DNA of 36,173 bases, taken from IMG/VR virus record IMGVR_UViG_3300048575_000247, positions 1 to 36,173 of that record; one strand, written 5' to 3'. Below, in pieces: positions 8,062 to 17,242 of the stretch. Each line of letters starts with the position of its first letter. Within the stretch, counting starts at the first letter, position 1. The translations under genes and the position numbers were made by a program. Source of the stretch: a virus. Its lineage: Duplodnaviria; Caudoviricetes. The notes beneath the pieces are model-generated. The model was not told where the DNA came from. It did not search any database and saw only the letters and a list, made by a program, of their open reading frames with translations.

Positions 8062-8498
8062 GTGTCGTGGATGACGTGCTGGCGCTGCTGGCAAAGGGGT
8101 ATCTGCCATACACGGGACATGTGGAAGGCAGTGCTTATGCGGCGTTGAGCTGCACCAAGCGCAATCCCCGCTGGTTTTACCAGGATCGGAAGTTCGTGTG
8201 CCTGGGTTGCACGCGACGGTGCAGCCTGGTCGATCCGGTGGGTTTCGAGCTGGTGTTGCCGGTGACCATGCGCTCGAAAAAGCTGGTGTATGCGGCGCTC
8301 CCGGCGGTTTCCGCCAGGGAGCTGGTCACGAAGAAGGTGTTGTTGACCATCCCCGAAGTGGAATTCGTGTTGTCTGTCGGCCGCACCCGGGTTTGGGAGA
8401 TGATCCAGGAAGGCCGGCTGGACAAGCACCCGGATTCGCCGCCGGCCCGGGTCACGGCAGAGAGTGTGCGGCGGGAGCTGGCGCGGACGGCGGGATAA
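8058..8498 (+). CDS. Excisionase/MerR-like HTH protein; candidate late activator
   Basis: C-terminal LLTIPEVEFVLSVGRTRVWEMIQEGRL (HTH_17-like); four Cys in the N-terminal half; sits where Mu has Mor/C. Confidence 0.7.
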   Translation: MSVVDDVLALLAKGYLPYTGHVEGSAYAALSCTKRNPRWFYQDRKFVCLGCTRRCSLVDPVGFELVLPVTMRSKKLVYAALPAVSARELVTKKVLLTIPEVEFVLSVGRTRVWEMIQEGRLDKHPDSPPARVTAESVRRELARTAG

Positions 8499-8558
8499 GA
8501 GGAAATGTTTACGAGACATCGGTTCCCGCGTATTGTGTCTAAAACCAGGGGATCAAAC

Positions 8559-9240
8559 ATGGATGCTCTCATTGTGTTGTCGGTTATCGGTGCCATCCTG
8601 TGTTATCTTGCATATACAGGCAGAGGAGAACGTGCACACCAACGAAATTTAGAAACAACAAGACATAATGTGCGACGTCTTCTCGATATTATATACGAAA
8701 AGCACGACACAGCTAAATCGTCTACGAATATTGTCACAAGGAAAAAAGAGATAGACGAAGCAATGCAAATTGCAAATGAACTTGAGAATTCGTATTCGGA
8801 TTATGCAAATTACAAATCTTTGTTAGGAGAATTAGAAGAAACAAAAATTTCAATATACACAAGTGTCATAACAAACAAAGTGTCGCATTTGATGAGAAAG
8901 TCAAAACATTCTGTCTCGGTGGACAAGAAAATAGAATGCGCGTCAGCTGCTATTTTTGAAATAGAGACTGGCCTTCGAGATGCGCATGTCAATAAGGCAG
9001 TCCTGAAAAAGCGCAAGAAAGCTATAGAATCATATATAGACAAGGTTAAAATTGAAGAGCTCAGACAAAAACGCAGAACGTCATGAATTTAAAAAAGAAT
9101 ACGCTAAGGCGGTCGATTCCTATCTTGACATGTTGTTCTTGTTAAATCGCAAAAACCATGGTGACGCTGATCTGTCTGAAAAAATAAACAACATAAGTGT
9201 TAAGATTGAAGCTCTTCGGAAAAGTATCGCATCGGTTTAA
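8559..9240 (+). pseudogene. AT-rich membrane-anchored moron gene, apparently split by a frameshift (ORFs 8559-9086 and 9052-9240)
   Basis: N-terminal TM MDALIVLSVIGAILCYLAY; helical Lys/Glu-rich body continues in the +1 frame after the A5 run at 9067-9071. Confidence 0.6.
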
Positions 9241-9267
9241 AGCTAATATTTAAGTATCTCGTTTTGC

Positions 9268-9307
9268 GACGCCGGGGTGGCTTAAAGCTCCCCCGGCGTT
9301 TTTGTTT
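9268..9307 (+). terminator. Rho-independent terminator
   Basis: Stem ACGCCGGGG (9269-9277)/CCCCGGCGT (9291-9299) followed by TTTTGTTT. Confidence 0.75.
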
Positions 9308-9357
9308 CCGCCCCCGTCCGTCCCGCCCTCTTGCCTCTTCAAGCCGCACGGTAGACA
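9302..9357 (+). promoter_or_regulatory. Putative activator-dependent late promoter, copy 1
   Basis: TTGTTTCCG-N4-CGTCCGT with -10-like TAGACA at 9352; same spacing as the other two copies. Confidence 0.5.
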
Positions 9358-9384
9358 GCGACATCCCACGCCGAGGAGGCGCAC

Positions 9385-9777
9385 ATGAAATGGTTGTCGT
9401 TGTGCATGGTGTTGGTCCTGCTGCTGGTTGCTCTGCTCTGGCTCCACATGAAACACAAACTGCATGAGTTGGACCGGGCCGCCGGCGACCAGGCCGTGGT
9501 GGTCCAGGTCTTAAACGGCGGAACGCTCATTGTTGTCGTGCCCGTGCTCGTGGAACTCGATGGTGTGACCGCGCCCGATCCCGACGACGCCGACCTCAAT
9601 ACGCAGGCCCTGGGGGAGCTGGCCCGAAACTGGCTTACCGACCGTCTGTCGGCCGGCAGCGTCGTGACACTGCGGGGCGGCCATACCGAATTCCGCCGCC
9701 GATCCACTGTGGAGGATGCCTTCGGCGACGTGGGGGCCGAGATGTTGCGCCGCGGCTTGGTGCAGGCTTCCAAATGA
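9385..9777 (+). CDS. Membrane-anchored thermonuclease (SNase)-fold protein, probably inactive
   Basis: GAGGAGG RBS; N-terminal hydrophobic helix; VVQVLNGGTLIV...VELDGVTAPD...DVGAEMLRRGLV follows the SNase pattern. Confidence 0.65.
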   Translation: MKWLSLCMVLVLLLVALLWLHMKHKLHELDRAAGDQAVVVQVLNGGTLIVVVPVLVELDGVTAPDPDDADLNTQALGELARNWLTDRLSAGSVVTLRGGHTEFRRRSTVEDAFGDVGAEMLRRGLVQASK

Positions 9778-9789
9778 CCCTTCGCAAAA

Positions 9790-9845
9790 TTGTGTCCGCG
9801 TCCGTCCGTGCCGTGCCGGCCATGCGGTATCGGCTGGTTTATGGT
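9790..9845 (+). promoter_or_regulatory. Putative late (lysis) promoter, copy 2
   Basis: TTGTGTCCG-N4-CGTCCGT with TATGGT at 9840, upstream of the endolysin. Confidence 0.55.
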
Positions 9846-9897
9846 CCGCCCAGTTTTTGGGGTGTGGGCATAGGCCGGCCCCGGCAAGGAGGTGCGC

Positions 9898-10842
9898 ATG
9901 GGTTTCGTTTTCGGCACGCGGTCGCGATCCGCTCTTGCGGCCTGCCACTCGGTGTTGCGGGCCGTCGCTTCCCGGGCTCTGGAGCTTTCGCCGATCGATT
10001 TCACGGTCACGGCGGGCAACGGCCTTTCCCTGGCCGTAGCGCCCTATCCGGCCAGCTCCTCGGCCTCGAAATTCCAGGCCATTGCGAAGGCATTCCGGCA
10101 GGCGGCCCAGGAAGCGGGCGTCCCTCTCCGTTGGAGCGGCGATTTCCACTTCTTTGCCGACCTCACCCATTTTGAGATCGACGCGCCCGCCACAACCTCC
10201 GCTCCTGCCGCGGAGCCGGTGGCGACCGGGAAAACGGATGGCTCGTCGCTGACGCCGGCGCTTCGTGCCGAATACGAAAGTCTCTTCGCCAGCGCCGCCA
10301 TCCGGCCGGAGCGCCAGACCATCGTTTCGGCCACGGCCCAACGCATGGCCGACACCAGCCTTTGGCCGCGCTATGTCGCTGTCGCCGACTCGATCGGCGT
10401 CCCGCCCCACTTGGTCGCCCTGATCCACGCCATGGAATCCGGCCTGTCGTTCTCCGGGCACCTGCACAACGGCGATTCCCTGGAAGCCCGTACCGTTCAT
10501 GTTCCGAAAGGACGGCCTCTCGTCGGCAAGCCGCCGTTTAGCTGGGAGGAAAGCGCCTGTGACGCGTTACTCCTGCATAAGCTCGACGCCTGGGGTGACT
10601 GGTCCCTTGCTGGCCTCGCCTACGTCCTGGAACGGTACAACGGCTTCGGCTACCGCCGGTATGGCAATGTGAGCCCCTACCTCTGGTCCTTCACCACGGC
10701 CTACACGCGGGGGAAATACGTCTCGGACGGTCACTTCGACCCGCAGGCCGTCAGTCAGCAGGCCGGGGCGATGGCGCTCCTTCGAGGGCTGGCCGGATGC
10801 GGCAAAGCATACCCGTGGCTGCCGGGCGGCAGCGCGCCATGA
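9898..10842 (+). CDS. Endolysin: degenerate M15-peptidase-like domain plus lysozyme-family (COG5526-like) domain (314 aa)
   Basis: AAGGAGG RBS; IHAMES...HLHNGDSL.ART..VPKGRP...WEESA.DAL...LERYNGFGY...SPYLWS...GKYVSDG.FDP. Confidence 0.8.
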   Translation: MGFVFGTRSRSALAACHSVLRAVASRALELSPIDFTVTAGNGLSLAVAPYPASSSASKFQAIAKAFRQAAQEAGVPLRWSGDFHFFADLTHFEIDAPATTSAPAAEPVATGKTDGSSLTPALRAEYESLFASAAIRPERQTIVSATAQRMADTSLWPRYVAVADSIGVPPHLVALIHAMESGLSFSGHLHNGDSLEARTVHVPKGRPLVGKPPFSWEESACDALLLHKLDAWGDWSLAGLAYVLERYNGFGYRRYGNVSPYLWSFTTAYTRGKYVSDGHFDPQAVSQQAGAMALLRGLAGCGKAYPWLPGGSAP

Positions 10843-11006
10843 CCATCATTGAGGCCGAGCAAAAAGGGGAATGTCTCGGCTGTATTTTTCGGTTGGCCGG
10901 AGCAAGCCCTCACTGCTGCATGGGGACGCGCCTGGGAGAAACGGAATGCCCGGGAAAATGTGACCCGGACACGCAGCACCCAAAGGAAAAGGAGCAAGAC
11001 GTATGA
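10839..11006 (+). CDS. Small Cys-rich protein (55 aa)
   Basis: ATGA overlaps at both ends; six Cys. Confidence 0.5.
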   Translation: MTIIEAEQKGECLGCIFRLAGASPHCCMGTRLGETECPGKCDPDTQHPKEKEQDV

Positions 11007-11446
11007 CGGAAGCGCAAACCCAACCGCAGGCGCAGCCGGCCACCCCGGCCGCCGCCCGTTCGGCCATCACGCAGGCCTCCGTGGAATCGGCCCTGGCCAC
11101 CCTGGGCGAGGTCGCCAAAACCTTTGCCGTCCCGGTCGATCCCGCGCCGCAAGCCGCACCCCTGCCGCAGCCGGCACAGGCGCAGCCCGCGCCGACCACG
11201 GGAACGCTCGGCGAATATGCCGGCCGTCTCGATGCAATCGGCACCACGCTGACGGCTTCGCCCGCCGTGCGGGAATCGCGTCTCAACTCCAGCCGGTTGT
11301 GGACCATGATCGGCACGGTGGCCACCCTGGTTTCCCAGCATCCGCTAGGCTTCGAACTCTCGCCCGTCACCCAGGTGTGCATCGTGGGCGTGGCCGCCAT
11401 CTACATCGCCGCCCGCAGCCTCAAGGGCGAAACCACCGGAGCGTGA
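11003..11446 (+). CDS. Putative holin-like membrane protein
   Basis: AAGGAG RBS; two C-terminal hydrophobic segments; next to the endolysin. Confidence 0.55.
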   Translation: MTEAQTQPQAQPATPAAARSAITQASVESALATLGEVAKTFAVPVDPAPQAAPLPQPAQAQPAPTTGTLGEYAGRLDAIGTTLTASPAVRESRLNSSRLWTMIGTVATLVSQHPLGFELSPVTQVCIVGVAAIYIAARSLKGETTGA

Positions 11447-11450
11447 TGCC

Positions 11451-11861
11451 ATGGACCAACCGCTGGCGGCGACCCTCCTGAAAATCCTGTCGGCCATGGA
11501 CGCGGGCTCGCTCTCGTTTCTGGTGGCCCTGGTCACGCTCACCCCCATGGGTCTTGTGCTCCTCATCGTGGTCTTTTGGCTGATCGAGGACCGCCGCCGG
11601 CGCGCCGACCTGTCGCGCTACCAGAAGGACATGGACCGGATTCTCAAGGCCTATGGCGACGATCTGCGCGTGGTGACCGGCTACTACAAGGATAACGTCA
11701 AGCTGGTGGAGTCCTACGAGTCCTTGGCTCAAAGTCTCCACGATCAAGTCGTCCTCAATACCCAGATAATGCAGCGTCTCACCGACGCCATCTGCACCAA
11801 CCAATACTGCCCGTACGGGCGTATTGCCAAAGGGGACAGCCCCATGAGGAGCGGATTTTAA
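11451..11861 (+). CDS. Membrane protein with coiled coil (lysis region)
   Basis: Long N-terminal hydrophobic stretch followed by RRRR and an amphipathic helix. Confidence 0.6.
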   Translation: MDQPLAATLLKILSAMDAGSLSFLVALVTLTPMGLVLLIVVFWLIEDRRRRADLSRYQKDMDRILKAYGDDLRVVTGYYKDNVKLVESYESLAQSLHDQVVLNTQIMQRLTDAICTNQYCPYGRIAKGDSPMRSGF

Positions 11862-12107
11862 ATGGACCTCGAACGCGCCGCCATGGTCGGCCAGCGAACC
11901 GAAAAGGAACTCTCGGCCAAGGGCCTGGCCATCAAGGCGTCCGGCCTCCGGGACTCGCTCCGCTTGAGCTTGCTGCTCACCATCCCGGTCGAGGCCCTGG
12001 ACGACGAGCGTATCGCCGCCCAGGCCCTGGACTTGGCCCAGACCGTGATGGACCTGCGGGCCGTCACCGCCGAGATCGCGGTCATCAACAAACACCTGAG
12101 GGCCTGA
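11862..12107 (+). CDS. Hypothetical helical protein (81 aa)
   Basis: ATG directly follows the preceding TAA; operon packing. Confidence 0.65.
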   Translation: MDLERAAMVGQRTEKELSAKGLAIKASGLRDSLRLSLLLTIPVEALDDERIAAQALDLAQTVMDLRAVTAEIAVINKHLRA

Positions 12108-12111
12108 TCCC

Positions 12112-12729
12112 ATGCCCGCCGTGGCCGGTCGCCGCGAACACCCCATGGAGACCGTGGAGCGCGCCGAGGAATTGTGGTGCGTGGACGGCCTGACCCTGGC
12201 CGACGTCTCCGCACGCACGGGGGTGGCCACCTCAACCTTAAAGAGGTGGGCCGAAAAGTACGGCTGGCAGGCCAAGCGGGACGATATACGCAAGGCGCTG
12301 GCTTCCATCCGCAGGGATACCATCAAGCTCCGCGCCAAGCTCATCGAAAATTGCCTGGACTCCATGCAGGCCATGGACGCCTTTGCCGTGGCCAAAATGG
12401 AAGAGATGGCCCTCAAGGCGGCCGAACTGGCCGACAAGCGGGCCGAGGCCTTGCCGGCGACGGCCCCGCCCATGCGCGAGATCGCCACCGAGGCCGACGC
12501 CGTGGCCGCCTTGGAAGAGGCCGTGGGCCTGCGGCTCAACACCATGCTGGCCAGCCCGGACAAGGTGACACTGGCCGCCTTGCGCGAGGTCAAGCAGGTG
12601 CTGGACCTGCTCAAGGACATGCGGGCCGCCGCCGGCGCGGCCGCCAAGGACGGAGCCGCGAACCTGGAAAGCGGCATAACCGCCGCCACGGCCGAGCGTA
12701 TCCGTGAGCTCCTCGGGGGACAGGAATGA
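12112..12729 (+). CDS. Putative terminase small subunit (HTH)
   Basis: GLTLADVSARTGVATSTLKRWAEKYGW HTH; GITAATAERIRELLG tail; directly before TerL. Confidence 0.7.
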   Translation: MPAVAGRREHPMETVERAEELWCVDGLTLADVSARTGVATSTLKRWAEKYGWQAKRDDIRKALASIRRDTIKLRAKLIENCLDSMQAMDAFAVAKMEEMALKAAELADKRAEALPATAPPMREIATEADAVAALEEAVGLRLNTMLASPDKVTLAALREVKQVLDLLKDMRAAAGAAAKDGAANLESGITAATAERIRELLGGQE

Positions 12730-14198
12730 GCAACGCGCTGCTGCTGCCTTATCAGGTCCGTTGGAATCGGGACAACAACCCGGTCAAGTTTTGCGAAAAA
12801 TCCCGCCGCATCGGTTTGTCCTACGGCGATGCCTCTGAATCCGCCATGCTGGCCGGACTCCAACGGTCCCAGGGCGGCATGAGCAGCTATTACATTTCCT
12901 ACAACCGGGAGATGACCGAGACCTACATCAAGGACGTCGGGCACTGGGCGAAGGTGCTCAACTTGGCCGCGTCGGATTTCGAGGAGGTGGTCCTCGAGGA
13001 CGAAAAGGACATCCTCGCCTACCGCGTCCGTTTCGCTCCGGGGCACCAGGTGGTCGCGCTCTCCTCGAAACCCGAGAACCTGCGTTCCAAGCAAGGCCGT
13101 ATCGTCATTGATGAGGCGGCCTTCTGCGACGACCTGGAAGAGCTCCTCAAGGCGGCCATCGCCCTGACCATGTGGGGTGGCATGGTGGAAGTGATTTCCA
13201 CGCACAACGGCGAGTCCAACCCGTTCAATGACTACATCCTGGACATCCGAGCCGGGAAATTGCCCTACAGCCTGCATCGTTGCACTTTGGACGATGCCTT
13301 GGAGCAAGGGCTTTACCGCCGCATCTGTCAAGTACGGGGCCTGCCCTGGTCGCCCGAAGGCGAAGTCATGTGGCGTCAGAAACTGCTCGATCTTTACGGT
13401 GCCAACGCCGATGAAGAGCTTTTCTGCATTCCCGCGCGAGGGAAAGGCACCTACCTGACCCGTCAGATGATCGAATCGTGCATGTCGCCGGACATTCCGG
13501 TGCTGCGCTGGTCGCCGCCGGCGGAGGATTTCGTGGACTGGCCCGAAGATCGGCGCTTCCGGGAAATGCGGGATTGGCTCGATGCCGAACTGGGGCCGAT
13601 CCTGGCCAAGCTGCCGCACGAGCTTTCCGCTTTCGTCGGGGAGGACTTCGCCCGATCCGACACCGGGGACCTGTCCGTAGTCTGGCCGCTCGTCGAACTG
13701 GAAAATCTCGTTTTGGCCACGCCTTTTGTCCTGGAGCTGCGGGGCTGCCCTTTCCGCCAGCAGGAACAGACCTTTTTCTACATCTGCGACCGGCTCCCCC
13801 GTTTCGTGGGCGGAGCGCTCGATTCCCGGGGCAACGGCGAATACCTGGGGGAGGTCGCCCGTCAGCGTTACGGCCCGGAAATCATCAGCCAGGTCAAGGA
13901 ATCCGAGTCCTGGTATCGGGAGAACATGCCGAAACTCAAGGCGGCTTTCGAGGATAAGACCATCCTCATTCCGAAGGATTCTCTCATTTTGGATGATCTT
14001 CGGGCGTTCAAAATGGAGAAAGGCGTGCCCAAAATCCCCGAAAAGCGCACCGGAGGCAAGGGCGGGCAGCGCCACGGCGACGCCGGCGTGGCCGCCGCCC
14101 TGGCCGTGTTCGCGGCCAAGACCATTGAGGCCGAGCCTTTTACGGTGGAGACGGCCATGCCCTATACGGCCGGCAGCCTGTTCCGGGGGTATCGATGA
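12726..14198 (+). CDS. terL: Terminase large subunit (Mu gp28-like)
   Basis: LLPYQVRW, KSRRIGLS, IVIDEAAF, ISTHNG, GEDFARS..DLSV, RHGDAGVA. Confidence 0.93.
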   Translation: MSNALLLPYQVRWNRDNNPVKFCEKSRRIGLSYGDASESAMLAGLQRSQGGMSSYYISYNREMTETYIKDVGHWAKVLNLAASDFEEVVLEDEKDILAYRVRFAPGHQVVALSSKPENLRSKQGRIVIDEAAFCDDLEELLKAAIALTMWGGMVEVISTHNGESNPFNDYILDIRAGKLPYSLHRCTLDDALEQGLYRRICQVRGLPWSPEGEVMWRQKLLDLYGANADEELFCIPARGKGTYLTRQMIESCMSPDIPVLRWSPPAEDFVDWPEDRRFREMRDWLDAELGPILAKLPHELSAFVGEDFARSDTGDLSVVWPLVELENLVLATPFVLELRGCPFRQQEQTFFYICDRLPRFVGGALDSRGNGEYLGEVARQRYGPEIISQVKESESWYRENMPKLKAAFEDKTILIPKDSLILDDLRAFKMEKGVPKIPEKRTGGKGGQRHGDAGVAAALAVFAAKTIEAEPFTVETAMPYTAGSLFRGYR

Positions 14199-14434
14199 GC
14201 GACGGCTACCGCAGCTACCGCGAGGCTGGCATATTTGGCCGCCGCACCATCCTTCATGAGCAGCTCCGTATCATTCGGCGCGCCGCCGGCAAAATGACGC
14301 TCCGTTGCGCCGAATGCGGCTGTGAGGTCCCGCTTTATGATGCCTATCGTTGCCGCTGGTGCAATTTTTCGTTTTGCCCCAGCTGCGCCGTCAAACATTT
14401 CGGACCGGACACAACGGATTGGAGCTTGCCATGA
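14195..14434 (+). CDS. Small zinc-finger-like protein (79 aa)
   Basis: CAECGC...CRWC...CPSC...H; ATGA-coupled to both terL and portal. Confidence 0.7.
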   Translation: MSDGYRSYREAGIFGRRTILHEQLRIIRRAAGKMTLRCAECGCEVPLYDAYRCRWCNFSFCPSCAVKHFGPDTTDWSLP

Positions 14435-15957
14435 GTGCCCCAGGCCTTTGGATCAATGAACACGATTTCCTGGAATTCGGAGCCACCTCCCTGGCCGAAT
14501 TGCTCGGCGAGGTGGCTGTGGCCCCGGAGTCGTGGGGCTGGCTCGGCTTGCTGCCCGATCCCGACCCGGTTTTGCGGGAGCGCGGCGACGACATCAAGGT
14601 GCTCGAGGATCTGACCTCCGACGGTAAGGTGTGCAGCTCGATCCAGGGCCGGAAAATTAAGACGCTGAACAAGAGGCAATACCGCTTCGAACCGGGCAAG
14701 CAGGAAGGCCGGGAGCCGACGCCCGAGGCCAGGCGGCTTTGCGACGACCTGACGCGCGACCTGGAGCGGGTGGACCTTCATAACCTCTTTTCCCAGGTGC
14801 TGGACACGCCGTACTACGGCTACACGCCCACGGAAATTCTCTGGCGTCTGGACAGCGGCCGCATGCATGTGCGCGACTTGGTTCCCAAACCGCGCGAGTG
14901 GTTCGTCTTCGACGTCGACGGCACCTTGTGCTTCCGGGGCGAAGAGGCCGTCATCACCGGGGACAAGGTGCATCCCTTCAAAATGGTCCTCTCCCGGCAC
15001 TTTCCGACCTACAAGAACCCCTACGGCCTGCGCTTGCTCTCGCGTTGTCTGTTCCTGGTGGCTTTCAAGAAGGGGGGCATCGAGTTCCTCATGCGCTTCG
15101 CGGAGAAGTTCGGGATGCCCTGGGTCGTGGGCGAAGCGCGGCCCGGGGCGCAGCCGAAAGAACGCCAGGAAATGAAGACGGCCCTTTCGGCCATGATCCG
15201 CGACGCCGTGGCCGTGGTCTCGGGCGGGGCCAAGGTCCGTATCGAATCCGTGGAAGGCAAGGCCACGGGTGGCCTGCACCTGTCCATCGTGAACTACATG
15301 GACGCGGCCATCGCCCAGATCATCCAGGGGCAGACGCTCACCCAGGAAATCGGTTCCAAGGGCAGCTACGCCGCCGCCAACACCCATTACGAGGTGCTGA
15401 CGGACTACGCCGAGGCGGATGAGGCAATGGTGGTCACGGCCATGAACGACCTTGCCTGGGTTTACGGCCAAGTGAATGCCCCCGACGCCCTGACGCCCGT
15501 GTTTTCCTATGTGGAACCCGAGGACCTGGAAAGGAAGGCCAAGCTCGGACGATCGCTTTACGCCCTTGGCGCACGTTTCAAGGAACCGTACTTCGAGAGC
15601 TTCGGCCTGACGTCCGAGGAATTCAGCGTGGCCAGCGTCGAGGCGCCGGCCTCCGACGCCGGCGAAACCGCGGCGTTCGCCGCCGGCGACGGCCGTTTCA
15701 CCCCGGACCAGGAGGCCGTTGAACGGCTGGTGACGGAAGCGCTCAAGGACGGCGGCCGGGCCGTTCGCGACCAAGTCGGCCGCATCCTGGCCCTTGTCGA
15801 ACGGGCCGAGTCCTGGGAGGACGCCGAGCTCCTGTTGCTCGAAGCCTTCCCGGACCTGGACGACGGCGACTTCCAGACGGCCGTGGAGGCGGCACAGGTC
15901 GCCGCCGATCTGCTCGGCCGCTACGCCGTGCGCCTGGAGACCGGCAATGTCGGATAG
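14431..15957 (+). CDS. Portal protein (Mu gp29/DUF935-like, 508 aa)
   Basis: LPDPDPVL, YYGYTPTEILW, NPYGLRLLSRC, FAEKFGMPWVVG, GQTLT...GSYAAANTH. Confidence 0.92.
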   Translation: MSAPGLWINEHDFLEFGATSLAELLGEVAVAPESWGWLGLLPDPDPVLRERGDDIKVLEDLTSDGKVCSSIQGRKIKTLNKRQYRFEPGKQEGREPTPEARRLCDDLTRDLERVDLHNLFSQVLDTPYYGYTPTEILWRLDSGRMHVRDLVPKPREWFVFDVDGTLCFRGEEAVITGDKVHPFKMVLSRHFPTYKNPYGLRLLSRCLFLVAFKKGGIEFLMRFAEKFGMPWVVGEARPGAQPKERQEMKTALSAMIRDAVAVVSGGAKVRIESVEGKATGGLHLSIVNYMDAAIAQIIQGQTLTQEIGSKGSYAAANTHYEVLTDYAEADEAMVVTAMNDLAWVYGQVNAPDALTPVFSYVEPEDLERKAKLGRSLYALGARFKEPYFESFGLTSEEFSVASVEAPASDAGETAAFAAGDGRFTPDQEAVERLVTEALKDGGRAVRDQVGRILALVERAESWEDAELLLLEAFPDLDDGDFQTAVEAAQVAADLLGRYAVRLETGNVG

Positions 15958-17242
15958 GCCGTCGCCCATCGCCTTCACACCGGTACGGCCCACCGAGGCC
16001 ATCCAGTTTCTGCGCGATAAAGTTCCCGTCACCCGCGCCCAGTTCGACCAACTCTCCGACGCGGTGAAGGCCCGGGCCTTCACCGTTTCAGGTTTGGCCA
16101 GTGTCGACTTGGTCGAGATCGTACACCGTTCCATGATCGAGGCGTTGGAGAAAGGCACACCCCTCAAGGAATGGAAAGCGAGCGTCAGCCAAGCCCTGGA
16201 CGCGGCCGGCTTCACGGGCGAGCGGCCGCTCCGCCTGGAGACGATCTTTCGCACAAACGTCCAGTCCGCCTACATGGCCGGCCGATATAAAGAGATGTGG
16301 GCCATGCGGGATACCTTCCCGTATTGGCAGTATTCGGCCGTCAACGACGGCCGCACCCGGCCGGCCCACCGGGCGCTTTCCGGCAAGATTTACCCGGCCG
16401 AGCATCCCTTCTGGAAGACGTGGTATCCGCCCAACGGTTTCAATTGCCGCTGTTCGGTCAAGGCGCTCACCCGCCGCCAGGTCGAAGACCGGAGCCTGAC
16501 CGTCGAGGAGGACATCCCGGAGGAGATCGACACGGCTTCCGGGCCGGTGCGCATCGTCCCGGACCAGGGTTTTGCAACCAATGTGGGAGAGGACTGGCTG
16601 GAGTCGCTGACGCCCGGCCCTCTGGCCGAGGAGATCAAGCCGCTTGTCACACGGGCCATCTGCCGAGGCGGCCTGGCCTTTGCCGACGATCCCTGTCGGC
16701 CGCCGCTGGCCGGGCTCGATCCCCGCCACGTGCTGCGCGTGGACGCGGCGGACATCCTGCCGGCGGGACTGGCCCCGGAGCGCTACGTCCAGGCGTTCTT
16801 GTCCGATTTCGGGATAACCGACATCGAGGGGGCCAAGGTCGTTATCTTGCCCGGCGTGGAACTGCCCATGGTGGTCGGCAAGGGATTTTTCATCGACAAG
16901 GGCAACGGGCAGTGGAAGGTCGACAAGTCGGGCCGTGCTCCCTACGTCCGGCTCTTGGCCCAAACCATCCGCAACCCTTACGAGGTGTGGCAAGTGCCTG
17001 CCGAGGTCTCGGGAAAACCCGTGGACACCTTGCGGCTGTTGCGCTTGTTCAGCCTGGACGGCAAGCGCATCGGCGGTTTTTCGGTGTTCAACCTCGTGCG
17101 AGGACGGCAGTGGCAAGCCGCGACGGCGTTCACGCCAAAGGTGACCGCCGCGTCGGAAGCCAGGATGCTCGAATACCTGGAAGCACAGAGGGTGGGGACA
17201 CTGGTCTTTCGCGAGGAACTCAAGGAGGGCGAGGCTCCTTGA
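15947..17242 (+). CDS. MuF minor head protein with C-terminal PBECR2-like nuclease domain (431 aa)
   Basis: RAFTVSG, RLETIFRTNVQSAYMAGR, YSAVNDGRTRPAH, YPPNGFNCRCSV; extension GRAPYVRLLAQTIRNPYEVW...YLEAQRVGTLVFR. Confidence 0.85.
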   Translation: MSDRPSPIAFTPVRPTEAIQFLRDKVPVTRAQFDQLSDAVKARAFTVSGLASVDLVEIVHRSMIEALEKGTPLKEWKASVSQALDAAGFTGERPLRLETIFRTNVQSAYMAGRYKEMWAMRDTFPYWQYSAVNDGRTRPAHRALSGKIYPAEHPFWKTWYPPNGFNCRCSVKALTRRQVEDRSLTVEEDIPEEIDTASGPVRIVPDQGFATNVGEDWLESLTPGPLAEEIKPLVTRAICRGGLAFADDPCRPPLAGLDPRHVLRVDAADILPAGLAPERYVQAFLSDFGITDIEGAKVVILPGVELPMVVGKGFFIDKGNGQWKVDKSGRAPYVRLLAQTIRNPYEVWQVPAEVSGKPVDTLRLLRLFSLDGKRIGGFSVFNLVRGRQWQAATAFTPKVTAASEARMLEYLEAQRVGTLVFREELKEGEAP

